Shown: positions 14,440 to 28,477, counted from the whole stretch's first letter. The stretch: DNA of 62,364 bases, filler included, from Collodictyon triciliatum (GCA_043381765.1; 17 parts of 17 records of this genome joined end to end with filler, not necessarily neighbours in it); one strand, 5' to 3'. The notes: generated by a model from the letters alone, not told the origin. Made by a program: numbers and translations.

Positions 14440-16987
14440 CGTATTTGCTACAGTAACGGCAGCCATCGCCTTCGGTGGTGGAATGGAGCGTGTGCGCCTT
14501 GTTCCGTTCTGTGTGTTTATATTTGCGTGGACTACAGTAGTTTATGACGTGATTGCATACTGGACTTGGGGCCCAGATGGGTGGCTCAGAAGTAAGTGTT
14601 TTTTTTTCTCTCTCGTTCTGATTGGATTCTTTAGGGTTGCCGGTCAATTCCCTGTGTCGTGTCATGCCTTTTATGGTATGAAATCGTGCATATGGAATAC
14701 TTTTACAACCTGTTTGAAATGATGCTTTTGCAAGGCAAAATCATAATCGCGGTGATGGGCCACAGCAAAGAAAGTCCCAGGGAAAATATGTCATCTGCAA
14801 TTTTTATCTTAAATTTTCCATATATTAAAGATTTGGGCGGTCTCGATTATGCGGGAGGAACCCCAGTGCATATAGCTTCTGGATTCTCCGGATTCGTATT
14901 CGCCTTCTTTATGGGACATCGCAAATCACCATCGAATCCGCACAACATTACTTATGTCGTCCTCGGAACTGTCCTGTTGTGGTTCGGATGGTTCGGGTTC
15001 AACGGTAAAAATCATATCACGATGAGGTTGAAAGAAGTATTCGACAATATTGCAAGTATGTGAGATAAACAAACTTGTGCCAAATCCAAAAATATAAGTT
15101 GCACAAACCGAAAGGAAGAAAAAAGATATATATATATTTATAACCATTTGCAATTTTATGGGCTCTTTGACACGATATTTCTTAGTAATAATAATCATAC
15201 CACTACATTCGATTGATTTAGGCGGTTCTGCTGTTGGTGCCAATGCACGTGCCGGAAATGCTGCTCTTGTCACAAACTTCACTGCCGCTTGGACTGGAAT
15301 AGTCTGGGTTGTCGTTGAGTATATCGAAACAAAAAAAATCAGTGCTCTCGGATTCTGTGAAGGTGACTTACTTGACATACGAATGAGTATATATAAAAAA
15401 CAAACTTACTTTTTCCATAGATTCAGTTAACCTTGCGTGATATTGTTAGGCGCTGTTGCTGGTCTTGTGGCCATTACACCAGGCTCTGGTTTCGTTGAGG
15501 TTCCCTCATGCCTTGCTATCGGGTTTGTTGCTGGGATATCATGCTATTACGCGACCAAGATTAAGACATTACTCAAGGTCGATGACGTGGCTGATACTCT
15601 TGCTGCCCATGGAATTGGAGGAGTGGTCTGTCAAATAAAATGAATCCTTTCATTTTTTCTCTTCCGTGATGAGTTCCTTCGTATTATTAAATTCCTACTC
15701 AACTTTTCTATTCGTTTTGAATTGCTTTCATATAATTAGGTAGGCAATATCTTGACAGGAGTATTCTCATCGAAGAATATTATCGAGTTAGATGGGACAT
15801 GCACCGACACCGACCATATTCCCCTATGTCAATCAGGTTGGTAGACTAGAAGAGACAAGGAATTAGTTTCAAATCATGTTGCTTCATCTTAACCTGGAAA
15901 CACAGCACACATCTATATCATTTCAACAAGCGTTGGTATTTTCAACTCTTTTCTATTCTTGAGCTCGAACCCAATTAATCTAGGAGGATGGGTTGATGAC
16001 AATTTCATTCAAGTGCCCATTCAAATGGCCGGAACTTTTGCCGCGATTGGCTGGTCTGTCGTCGTAACATATATCCTCCTCTTCGTCATCGACAAGATTC
16101 CAGGCCTTCATTTTGCGCTTGACCCAGAGTCCCAAGAAAAAGGAGGAGACTACGTTGAATTGGGAGAGGCTGGATGTAACATTCTTATTCAAGAATATTT
16201 GATGCTTACGAAACTGAAGCACACTTGTTTTCCTTAGACAACTATTTTAACATTTTCCTGTAAAGTTGCCTCAGGTAATCGAATTTGTAAATAGGTGCGC
16301 CTCTAAAAATTAGATGTTTCTTTTTCTAACTTCAGATGATTTCAATTTCTCCTCTGGAGAAGATGCCACTGATATCAATCCTGATGGAGGAATGTCACCC
16401 ATGACGAAAATAGGGGACTCACACAGCCTGACTCGCGGGGGTAAAGCGCATAATATCATATATTCTTTAGCAGCTATTTCTATTAAAAACACGAGACTCT
16501 AACCGTTTTCAGATTTTGAGAGCTTTTATGATAATTATTGATCACTTGAAATAACTAGAATTCCACGGCTTCGATAATGTCAAACTGGTTGCTTGGTTCC
16601 ACGGTGCCGGGCTGCACGAAGCAGCTCGCAAGGTAAATTGAATCAGCAGCCCTCCTCCTTTTCTTTTCTTTCTACATTTTTTTTTAATGCTGTTCATTTT
16701 TCAATTCTTCTACAATCTTTCTCTCCTTTTTGAGCCTATTGTTTGTTGTTTAGCAGAATGGTCGTGCCTACAAAATCCCATTTCTTCAATACCTTTAAAA
16801 AAGAGGGATTTTTCTTAATCCGATGTTTGATAAAGACCAAATATAACAATCAAAATATTCTCATCAGGCCCAAACTGACCAGCTGATTGGCTCTGATGTA
16901 CTGGAGGCACCCCTCCCACGAATTGCTGATTATTTTGGAGAGTCTTCAGGGCGAGTGGCCCAGAAAATATCAGAACTTCGCACATAA
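14440..16987 (+). CDS. amt: Ammonium transporter (Amt/Mep family), 5'-truncated, with C-terminal extension
   Basis: Motifs DYAGGTPVH, LLWFGWFGFNGGS, GAVAGLVAITP and DDVADTLAAHGIGG across GT-AG exons; last inferred exon 16868-16987 ends in TAA. Confidence 0.93.
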
Positions 16988-17875
16988 GCCCCGGCGGCTC
17001 CAGAGATATCTTCTCCCTCCTAGTCTCTTCTGATTTACCTATTTTTTCTTTACTTCTCGACTCTCCTACATGAAGAGATGCCATTACAAGAGCACTAGCC
17101 CAGCAAGATATTGCTCCAACATGAGAGTATTTTCTCCCTACTTTATATATCTTACTACTGGGAATGGCTTTCACTTTCCTGCTATTCTTCCACCGTGCGC
17201 GACTACATCTGCCAATCGCCGCATCAGAAAAGAGCCAGTTCATTCGTGATACTGGACGTGTGCTTGGCTCAAAACCTCGATGGTCTAGAGACAACCGGCA
17301 CTATATATATTTTTTTCATAAAACACCAATAAAAAAAACTCACTCTTTTGATAAAGAGCCTACACAGCATCACACTTTTTGCACACACACCTTCGCAATT
17401 ACCTCTTCGCATCAGGGGCCGCCATGTAGCCACCAAGCGAGGGAGTGGTGGCCCAACATGCCATTTAGAAATTTATATTATACTTTTTATGCGACACTGT
17501 TTCTGATTCATTTTTGTTACTTCTTTTTCTGCTTGTTTGCCGATCGCGCAAGTTTACGCACGCAAAAGACCTGCAGAGTTGCTCGCCAAAAGGACAGAAG
17601 AATGACAACACAGGAGGATCATCTGGATAGGTAAGTGGCTGTCGTTTAACAGATATTCCATTATCCTGAAAGATTCATCACTCACTCACTCACTCACTCA
17701 CTCACTCACTCACTCACTCACTCACTCACTCACTCACTCACTCACTCACTCACTCACTCACTCACTCACTCACTCNNNNNNNNNNNNNNNNNNNNNNNNN
17801 NNNNNNNNNNNNNNNNNNNTTAATTAATTAANNNNNNNNNNNNNNNNNNNNNNNNNNNNNNNNNNNNNNNNNNNN

Positions 17876-17939
<64 letters not shown>

Positions 17940-17954
17940 AAGAAACAAACAGAC

Positions 17955-20900
17955 CATCCCAGCCCCTTTTCCAGGAAGCGGCGTCACAGATGTGCTACTC
18001 GCGAAGTGGGTTCTAAACTCTTGTGCCAGTTTTTCCGGGTCAAGGATAAAATTCTCCACTCCCAAAATACGAGTGCTACGATTATACAGTTAATGTGTGG
18101 TTTGTTCACATGTTATTATCTCTCTCCTTTTCGTTTGTTTTACTCTCATCTACAAACAGATCTTTGCCTATTTCTTTGAGTGAGAGAGCGGATGGTGGAT
18201 CGAATAATGAATGGTTCGGGTGTTTACTGGGATGAAAAGAAAGTGAAATAAAAGGGATTTCATACTTTTTTTATTTTTTTGGTTAAAGAAAGAGTATCTT
18301 TTTTTAAATATATATGGGAGGCATGATAAATGACGATAAATAAATAATCTGCAAGATATGAAAAGATTACACATGCTTCTTTCCCGAGCGATTTTCTGCT
18401 ATCAATTCGATCTTGGGCAGCTCTCCTTTGCTATATGTTGAATTTGGATGTTATGAATGAGCTTCGATTCTGAAATTATTGTTTTTATTTTCTTGGGAAA
18501 CCTTTGAGAAACAAGTAAAATAATATGCGCAACGAAATAAAAAAAAAAAAGAAACGCGGCTGTCTCATGGCCACTTGAGTGATTCAAGGTGTTGAGAAAC
18601 CTGTAAACAGGGTCTTCATCGCCTCGTGAAAGCATGTAAACAACAGCCATTTTTTCAAAAAACTTTTTAGACGATTCTGAAATGAAGACGACATCTCCTT
18701 CGTTAGCCTTCAAAAATTGAGCTAGGCGCGAATTGAGCCGCATATGCAGGGGGTTTGTAGGTGAGATAAGTTTTTCCCTTTTAGCATACTCTTGGAATAT
18801 TTCTTCGATTTCTGTCCTTGAATACATCGCTTTGCTATTTGCAAATAACGTTATTAAAAGGAGAAAGGCTATTAAATTAATTGAACAAAGACATAGGTTC
18901 ATTTTTCGGTATCAAGAAGTTTTAAAAAAGCATCACAAAAACAACAAAGAATAGTAATAATATCGAAAAGATAGAAAAAGGTAGAAAAGGATATTTATGT
19001 GTACTTAAGAGAGAATACGGGGTCGGGTGGCTAACCTGCTTGCCGTTGGAAAAACAGATGTAATTTGCTGTGGGGGCTGGTAAAGCTCATGTATTACAAG
19101 ATCAGGGACTTCCTCACCAGCAGAAGATGAAGATTGAGCAATATCCTCTGTTTTTTCTGTGACTTTCTCTTCCTTGAACTGCACTAAGCTAATTATCAAA
19201 CTGAGTATTTTGGAAAGAAAAAAAAACATACTTTACATATTTTTGAAATAGATGCTAATGAAAAAAGGGAAAGGGAAATTTTGGTATTAGTCGATGATAT
19301 AATAAGTTGAAGGTGGAGACTAGGCTTATAAAATAAATTGGGTTTACTCAGGGTGTTTTCTGTTGACACTAGAAAGCTGTTGAACACCACGGACATCTTT
19401 AATTTTCAAAACGCCTCTCTTTTCCATACTCTTCAAGAATTGAGATATCTGTAACCATGAGTAACACATCTTCAATAGAAGTATTTACGATAATCACTAA
19501 AAATCAATGTGACTCATTGTTGCGAATGTTAAGCACCTTTTTATGCGAGGATTTTTTGACGTCGATGTGTGTGTTTGCAGGCCGGCTCGGGAGGATGCAA
19601 TTCGAATAAAAGTTACTGACTAAAAGCGGCAAATCCTTGTCAGACACAAGTGTCTTAAGTGCCTAGGTGGAAGCGTGGTGTTTGGGTCAATATTAATATT
19701 TATGTGGTTGCCACAATAGTAGGGTATTCCATAACTTGATATTTTGTTCTTGAATAAAAAAAAGATATACTGAAAATCAAATAAATACCTGAAATAGAGA
19801 TTTTTCTAAAAGTGCATCCATCTCCGCTGCAGTCATTTGGTTTCCATCATCACCATTCGCCACACCGGCATCATCATCTCCGTCTGACTCGCTTTTTTCA
19901 TTCAATTCACTGCCAGAGCCTTTCGAAAATGGAGTTACTATGGGAGACTTCGATTCTGACGCTTTTATCTTTTGAATTTTTTTGATCGCCGGAGAATCAA
20001 CGACAGGGACTTCGCTCCTGTCATCCCAAGAATCAGGAACATCGTCTTCAGCTTGTGGGTTGATTGAAAGGTTTCCAATCGCCGGATTCAGTAAACTTTG
20101 TGACGATGAAACGGTAGATTTTTGGTCCGCTGTATCAACATTTTCTTCTTCGCTGCTGGATTCTTCTTCATCAGAATCCTGCGCTTCTTCCTCTCCTGTT
20201 GCTAAAAACGGGTTGCATTTGCTTCCAGACTTCCTAAAAGTGTGTAAGACATTATGCGACCACTACATCTTGTGATGTGAGACACCTGGCATAGAAATGT
20301 ATCTTGAATGGTAAATGCGAAGTAAATCATGACTTCACAGAGTTTTTTTTTTTTGAGTGATTAATAAAAATAGACTTTGCGATTGGTAAAAGAAGCACTT
20401 ATTTTCACAATTGCATCAGTATTCTTGTCAAAGTGGGACCATACCATACGTAGTCCTTAAAAACATGTACAATTTTAACAGCCTTCCCTTTCATTCCATT
20501 ACGTCTCAAATAGTCATCTCCAACCAAAAGAGAGCCCACAGCAACGGGCGACCTGGAAAGTATTATTACCAATATTCTGTTAGTGGTAAGCCGGATAATA
20601 AAATATAGAAATCAAGATCTAATACCGTACTTGATTGCTGGATAATAATGACAACATTCAAATACCGATGAATCAATGGAAAAGATATTATAACATTACG
20701 TAAGAAGTGGAGGCAGTATATTGGCTAGCAAAGCTGGATGTGAATAAGTGGATAGATAAAAACGTACGGATGGGCACTGGTGACAATAGCCCGTCTCTCT
20801 CCCACTTTAAAAGAGCCTAACTCTTTGATACCACCTGGTGGAAGCCGGACTCCAGGGAGCATAAGATCTATTATATATATATATGTATTTGTTATGTTTA

Positions 20901-21126
20901 CGGAGTGTAAAAATTTATCCAAAAAATAATGAAAAATATTCTTGTCGACTTTAAAGACTCAAACCTGCGCCTTTTTGCAAATACTGGAAGACGGGCGGAT
21001 GAATGGTGAGCGTGCTGACCATGGTCGGCACTTTCCACAGAGCATAGAGGGTTGGGTATATATCGCCACCGAGGCTTATGTCGATAAAAAGTGGTTCGTT
21101 CTGGACGAGGTAGATAAAGAAGGTTC
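17955..21126 (-). CDS. EIF2D: Translation factor eIF2D (ligatin), partial: PUA, acidic linker, SWIB-like and SUI1 regions
   Basis: IYPTLYALWKVP...LQKGA|DLMLPGV (PUA) and TRILGVENFILDPEKLAQEFRTHFASSTSVTPLPGK (SUI1). Confidence 0.88.
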
Positions 21127-21621
21127 CTGTATTTGACCTTACACGAATAAATTGACACAGAAGGGAGAGTTACCATTTAACACAATTATCCGATAATCCT
21201 TATAAAAGTTAAGATAGCGAAGGACGGATGATTTCATCAAATATCATAGACATAGACATAGACATAGACATAGACATAGACATAGACATAGACATAGACA
21301 TAGACATAGACATAGACATAGACATAGACATAGACATAGGCATNNNNNNNNNNNNNNNNNNNNNNNNNNNNNNNNNNNNNNNNNNNNTTAATTAATTAAN
21401 NNNNNNNNNNNNNNNNNNNNNNNNNNNNNNNNNNNNNNNNNNNGGTTTGGTTTGGTTTGGTTTGGTTTGGTTTGGTTTGGTTTGGTTTGGTTTGGTTTGG
21501 TTTGGTTTGGTTTGGTTTGGTTTGGTTTGGTTTGGTTTGGTTCTGTTTTTTGGAAGAAAAAAATAAGACATAAAGAACACTCTCATATTGTCTTTTTTGA
21601 ATTTCATGTCGCGTCCAATAG

Positions 21622-22154
21622 AGATCATGGTTGAGGGTAAACGGGAAGCTCTCGGACGACCCGCTCATTCATCAGTGTGCAGCAGCCTATCTGAGTGACT
21701 ACTCTCTCATTGAAACCGCCCTTTACCCACACGGGCTGTCGTTCCGCTCAAAAGGTGTCCAGGCAGCTAGTTTAGATCACAGCATGTGGTAAGTGTATCA
21801 CGACATACATGCGGGCAATGTGTCATTACGAAGTTCATTCTGGCTACAACTTCTGATGTTTGGGGATTTTGTGTGGTTTCATATCTGCAAAAATCATGTC
21901 TGTGCATAAACCAAGAATATGTAACATGTGATTGTAGGTTCCATGAGGCCAGTTTTCGCGCTGACGACTGGCTCTTTTATGACATGGAGTGTCCGCGCCT
22001 TGTTTCCAATCGCGGTTTGTGCGTCGGCCGATTCTATGACCAGCGAGGAAAGCTGCTTGTCTCTACAGCCCAAGAGGGGTTGATTCGTGTGATGGATGAG
22101 CCCAGAAAGCAAGACACGCCTTCAACTCACGAACCTGCAAAGCCTAAGCTTTAG
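21622..22154 (+). CDS. Acyl-CoA thioesterase II (TesB/ACOT8 family), C-terminal two exons
   Basis: HQCAAAYLSD...ASLDHSMW|FH...RADDWLFY...RGLCVGRFYDQRGKLLVSTAQEGLIR; ends in TAG. Confidence 0.92.
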
Positions 22155-22537
22155 GGCCATACGCCACCCCAAATATCGTTTCACCCAGCTATTAAATAAC
22201 GTTTCGTCAACATCACGATAATACGTGTATCCTCTTTGCCGAATGACCTATTTCCCATCACCTTACGGCTTTCCTTTTTCATTTTCGTGTATTATTTTAT
22301 TTTGATACTATTCTATTTTACATCCTTTTTTTTAAAAAAAAAAATATGGAAAAGCCTGAAACAACGAACCCTTATAGCATTACAGGGCCTGCTTTAATTA
22401 TTTTTTTTCCTTTTTTCTTTTTTAAACTTTACGATGATGTGGCTCAGGTTGGATGTGAAAATATTGTATCCCGCCGGTTGGGGCGAGGCGTTGACACTTT
22501 CACTCAGGTTGCGCATTTCCCTTATATTTCCATTCGG

Positions 22538-23170
22538 TTACTTGAGAATGGGCATGGCAGCTCCGACATATGTGCGGATCACAGACGCAGGTGTGGGAAT
22601 CAGCTTTGCACGGATGGTGGGCAGCTTCAATCTGCGATGAGCTTCGAACCTGACACAAAGATGACCACCAGTAAAATGACAATCGATAAGAAAATAAAAA
22701 AGTCGGAAAGAGGAAGAAATAGTTCCCCTTTCAGAAGTAGATATTGTATGTATGGAATTGAAATGGAGGAAGATCATAGCAAAGACAAGAAACAGGATGC
22801 AAATTGTTCACAACTTTGGTTTATATTTGAAAATAAACTTTACCGATGGCAACCCCCGAAACTGAAGTAGTAGTTTCCTCCTTGTTCACCTTTGACCCAC
22901 ATAACTAATTTTCCACAAGCATAGTGAGATTCCATAACTTTATGACACTTGATAGATTAAGCTTTCTTCATTATCATAAATAACACAATTGCAGAATTGA
23001 AAGGATTCCTTTCCTTTCTTTTCCTTTACTTTCCTTTATTCTGCCATGAAAATGAATGTAGTTTGTGATATATAGTGGCGGATCAATTGCGATGAACCAT
23101 CAAATACAATTTGCAATTATGCAATGTTACCGTCAATCGGGGGAACATCAGCATTTCGAGACACTTCTTC
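22538..23170 (-). CDS. SRX1: Sulfiredoxin, 3' three exons (5' end in gap)
   Basis: [42 protein letters not shown]...YVGA contains the catalytic FGGCHR signature. Confidence 0.93.
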
Positions 23171-24163
23171 CTGTTGTGCAACATGCATATATTAGTTTTT
23201 TTTTCTTTTTTTCTTNNNNNNNNNNNNNNNNNNNNNNNNNNNNNNNNNNNNNNNNNNNNNNNNNNNNNNNNNNNNNNNNNNNNNNNNNNNNNNNNNNNNN
23301 NNNNNNNNNNNNNNNNNNNNNNNNNNNNNNNNNNNNNNNNNNNNNNNNNNNNNNNNNNNNNNNNNNNNNNNNNNNNNNNNNNNNNNNNNNNNNNNNNNNN
23401 NNNNNNNNNNNNNNNNNNNNNNNNNNNNNNNNNNNNNNNNNNNNNNNNNNNNNNNNNNNNNNNNNNNNNNNNNNNNNNNNNNNNNNNNNNNNNNNNNNNN
23501 NNNNNNNNNNNNNNNNNNNNNNNNNNNNNNNNNNNNNNNNNNNNNNNNNNNNNNNNNNNNNNNNNNNNNNNNNNNNNNNNNNNNNNNNNNNNNNNNNNNN
23601 NNNNNNNNNNNNNNNNNNNNNNNNNNNNNNNNNNNNNNNNNNNNNNNNNNNNNNNNNNNNNNNNNNNNNNNNNNNNNNNCCCTGGAAAGCAGGTGGCTCG
23701 CGTGTCTTTGCCAGTGTCGAGGGCGACTTGCTCTGGCTGCACTTTCCGGGTGACTTTAGGCTTTGGGCGAGTCGGCCCGGAAGCGACTCGAGCTCTCAGG
23801 AAAGAAGCACGACAGATAAGTTTGGACAAGGGCTTTTGCCTGTGATCGTGGGTGATCATGATCGTGATCATGATCGTGATCATGAGGATGGCTGCTTCTG
23901 GGAGCGGAATGAATCTCGCTGAATATACCGTGCTCTTATTATCGTACCACGCGGCTTGTTTCCCTGTGTGGAAAAGGGTGGTCAGGGGCTGCAGTATCTT
24001 TCTGCCCTGGTGGCCAAGCGCATCTTGGCGTGAGTGGGGAAGAAGCGAGATGTATATACCCTCCTTTGAACCCGCCATATTAATGAGATAGTTTATTATT
24101 TGGTCGAAAGTATTGTGTAATGGAAGGCAGATAGCTTGGGGGTAAAATCGGCAACGAATAGAA

Positions 24164-24737
24164 CTATTCTATGTCAAGCGCAACACTCTCATCCGCTGTC
24201 TGGCTGCACACAGAACTAGGCCGGCTTTGGTCGATCATAAAAGGGTGGACGATGTCTTCGATAGAATCTACCCTCTGGATTTCTAAGTTCATCTGGAAGC
24301 TTAAATTAGCGCTGTCCATCTCAAGACTGATGTCGTCAGATACATCTAATTTCTTTTTGTCATCGTGCATCAAGACAGTCCGGCCTCCAACAGACGAGGA
24401 TGGCTTTGATACTATGCCGTGGTCATACTTTTTGATGAAGCTCGCAGCGTCTCGGTTTTTGTGTCTTGAATTTTTGGCGAATGAAGTAGAGACAATTATC
24501 GAACGCAAAGATTCAGTATAGTCGTGCAAATTCAATAATCCGGAGCTTGAAAAATCTGGATTATGTTCGTAGATAGAGGCAACTAAATGTGAAATTGTCG
24601 CATCAAAATGGTCATCTGTAAGTCCAAGATGTTCATGGGCTTTTCTCAAATTAGCAGTGCTTGAATTGGATGCCCCTCCCATCCCTGCAGAAAGGAAGGA
24701 AAGCTGCAGATGAAGCATGCGGTTCATGCTTATGTCC
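24164..24737 (-). CDS. Group I truncated haemoglobin domain (C-terminal half) with about 110-aa Ser/Asp-rich tail; last exon only
   Basis: MNRMLHLQLSFLSAGMGG...LRKAHEHLGLTDDHFDATISHL matches trHbN E-G helices including the proximal His; CAG acceptor at 24738-24740. Confidence 0.8.
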
Positions 24738-24785
24738 CTGAAAAATGACTAAAATGTTGAAATAATAACAATGAGAGTATGAGTA

Positions 24786-24882
<97 letters not shown>

Positions 24883-25255
24883 GGGTATGGGTATGTGTAT
24901 GGGTATGGGTANNNNNNNNNNNNNNNNNNNNNNNNNNNNNNNNNNNNNNNNNNNNTTAATTAATTAANNNNNNNNNNNNNNNNNNNNNNNNNNNNNNNNN
25001 NNNNNNNNNNNATTTTATTTTATTTTATTTTATTTTATTTTATTTTATTTTATTTTATTTTATTTTATTTTATTTTATTTTATTTTATTTTATTTTATTT
25101 TGTTTTATTTTATATGTTTTATTTTTTTGTTCTTATTTTTTTGTTCTTATAATTTGGTAGTATATCGCGCTGCAGATATAAATCATATGAACACCTTTTG
25201 GTATAATTTTTTCTGCTAGAATAAGGAAACAAATCTGATGTTTTAGCATACTTAC

Positions 25256-25411
25256 CAACCCACCAGTTGGCCATTACTTGCCCAATTTGACCGAAAGTGC
25301 ACCAAAATATAATCCAGAATAAAGTTGATTTCCCTCCAGCAGCTTGGAAATAGGACAGGTAGACGTGGCTCGAAACGCTTCCCTCTGCCCGCTCTTCAAC
25401 CTCGATTATAT
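25256..25411 (-). CDS. ABC transporter C family (MRP-like) internal exon: linker end and start of TMD2
   Basis: IIEVEERAEGSVSSHVYLSYFQAAGG...FGQIGQVMANWWV bounded by AG and GT. Confidence 0.8.
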
Positions 25412-26107
25412 CTAATTTGTTGAGCTATTGAGAGATGTTGAAAGGAATATCGAGACAAATAGTGACCAGCTCCAGATATATACATCATACATAAACATCA
25501 TCATGAATCNNNNNNNNNNNNNNNNNNNNNNNNNNNNNNNNNNNNNNNNNNNNNNNNNNNNNNNNNNNNNNNNNNNNNNNNNNNNNNNNNNNNNNNNNNN
25601 NNNNNNNNNNNNNNNNNNNNNNNNNNNNNNNNNNNNNNNNNNNNNNNNNNNNNNNNNNNNNNNNNNNNNNNNNNNNNNNNNNNNNNNNNNNNNNNNNNNN
25701 NNNNNNNNNNNNNNNNNNNNNNNNNNNNNNNNNNNNNNNNNNNNNNNNNNNNNNNNNNNNNNNNNNNNNNNNNNNNNNNNNNNNNNNNNNNNNNNNNNNN
25801 NNNNNNNNNNNNNNNNNNNNNNNNNNNNNNNNNNNNNNNNNNNNNNNNNNNNNNNNNNNNNNNNNNNNNNNNNNNNNNNNNNNNNNNNNNNNNNNNNNNN
25901 NNNNNNNNNNNNNNNNNNNNNNNNNNNNNNNNNNNNNNNNNNNNNNNNNNNNNNNNNNNNNNNNNNNNNNNNNNNNNNNNNNNNNNNNNNNNNNNNNNNN
26001 NNNNNNNNNNNNNNNNNNNNNNNNNNNNNNNNNNNNNNNNNNNNNNNNNNNNNNNNNNNNNNNNNNNNNNNNNNNNNNNNNNNNNNNNNNNNNNNNNNNN
26101 NNNNNNN

Positions 26108-27900
26108 GAAGAGTGAGGAAAGAAACCGAATATCCAACAACGAGAGCATTATTCCCAATCAATCACAACATACCGTATTTCGTGTATTGGTTAAGCAATC
26201 GCCTTAGGCCAGTGTCAAAGGAAGGAGACGACTCGGTGGTATGGTTCATAACTTCCTGAATTATTTTTTGTCTCAACATAGCAGCTGCATAAACCATCTT
26301 CAGGATACTCGCATCCTGCATGTTGTCAAAAACAACTACCATAACATGGGAAATACAGTGAAGCAGAACCGTTTGTCGGAATGCCTAGTTCGTTTTGTTT
26401 TAGAGTTAACAGATCGCAACACAAAAAAAATTTTTTTTTATTAATTATTCTTATTGTGTTTTCTATTTGTTTTGTTTTTTATATCACAAAAGTTAATTGA
26501 TGAGACCTGTAACTCAATCATTTGGTCGTAAGAGCTGCAGTCTTGCCACAAATCAGCTTTTGATGTAATCAGGTCGCATAGATTGGTTATATTAAATATA
26601 GCCTGAAATATAATGCGTAACTCTTAATCACAACTTCAAGAAAAGGTGCGGTAGCAGCTTCCCTGAGTATATCATTTGATCACCTATAAGACACCACTAT
26701 CTAAGAAAAAACACAGAACCTGTGTATCAAGGATAAGCAACTTTTCTGGAGACAAGCAAGCGTCAATCCCCTTTGTCTTGGGTGTGATGGCAGCCAAAGT
26801 CTTTGAGGAATAAGTGGAAAAGCAATCCTAACCATAATATTGAATATAATAAACACCAAGCACACATTTGCGTACATAAATGCAAATCGACATATATAAT
26901 TATGAATAGCAATAGCAATAGCAATAGCAATAGCAATAGCAATAGCAATAGCAATAGCAATAGCAATAGCAATAGCAATAGCAAAAGTAAAAGTAAACAA
27001 TACATCACGTGCGCAAAGTGCCGATGCAATCGTAGATTTCCCTACACCTTGCAAACCCACTACACAAAAAGAAACAATCTCTGGTGTATCTTGCAGAACC
27101 TGGTGAAGCAAAAATCGATCAGATATGTTTAAAGAAAAAGAAAAAGAAAAAGAAAAAGAAAAAGAAAAAGAAAAAGAAAAAGTGATAGCTAGAAATAATA
27201 TCGACCTTTGCCATTTCTTCTAAGTTGAATCGCATGGATGAATCTGCTACATTCATTGAGATACGTGTCTGTCCAGGATGCAACAACGAAAGGATTACTT
27301 GTAGTGGTGTAGCTTCCTCCTTTTGTGACTGTGCAGGTGTCTTGTTGAGTCTGTCAGGCTCAACCGGGTCTGATTTCTTCACTGCTGCAGGCAAGTTTGG
27401 CTTTGAATGCTCTACTTCGGTTGGATTAGCAGGGCTTCCGGCTGGCTTGCTTATGATGGTGAATTGAATCGGCCCTACATGTTTTTTTCAGTGAGGGGTT
27501 TCTCCCTTTTGTAGTTTTCTTTAATATAAAAAAATGTGTAAACAGTAAAAAGATCAACAACAGAGTCGCCTAAAATAGAAGATAGCATGAGGCAATGGAG
27601 AGAAACGGGTATCTTTTGTAGGGTTATGTGGCAGAGAAAAAAATCAATGAATTATAAGCAGCTTCTAGTTATATGATTTTCCTCAAAAAAAAAGAAGAAA
27701 GAAAAGAGAAGAGAAAATAACGAGATATACAGAATAGATGAAATGAGATGAAATGAGATGAAATGAGATGAAATGAGATGAAATGAGATGAAAAAGAAAC
27801 CCTCGCTGTGATTGCCATTTGACCGGCGTAAGCTGCGTTGTTGTGTGCTGTTTCCTTTGCCATTGCGCGCATCTTGGAAACGATTCTGTGGGACAGAATA
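26108..27900 (-). CDS. SMG9: SMG9-like nonsense-mediated decay factor, partial; boundaries approximate
   Basis: P-loop VVGLQGVGKST, then DKGIDACLSPEKLLILDTQ and LLHCISHVMVVVFD, preceded by a low-complexity N-terminus. Confidence 0.75.
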
Positions 27901-28398
27901 TCATTTTTGTTTTTTTAAGGTCTGCATACATGCCTCGCGATTGAGATCTGTGAAGCAAAAGAAATGTCGAATATATAAAATTTGTAGAAGATAAGAAAAT
28001 CACACAGTTTGTCGGGTGCTTCCTGATTTTTGTGTCTCCGTTCTAAAAAAAAATGGACATGTTAGAAGAGTCAGACGAAGTGGGTTTGTCCACAGTTTGA
28101 GACACAAAGAATGAAAGGCATGAGTTTGGTTAGTTTTCTTTGTTCGTGTACGCCCACTATTTTCGAAATATTCGATATATTAAATCCTTCGTGGATTATA
28201 TATATTTAATTATCGTACGTATGCGCATATAGAACTTGTTCGTCCGGTCGTTCGGGCAGGTGTCGCGTAGAGGATTTGAAGGTGCGCTCCATTAGGGATC
28301 GTGAAAGGGTCTGGGATTGAACAAGCTTTTCGGTATATTGTGTTTTTTTTGTTTTTTGTTTTTTGTTTTTTTGTTTTTTTTGTTTTTTGTTTTTTTTT

Positions 28399-28477
<79 letters not shown>

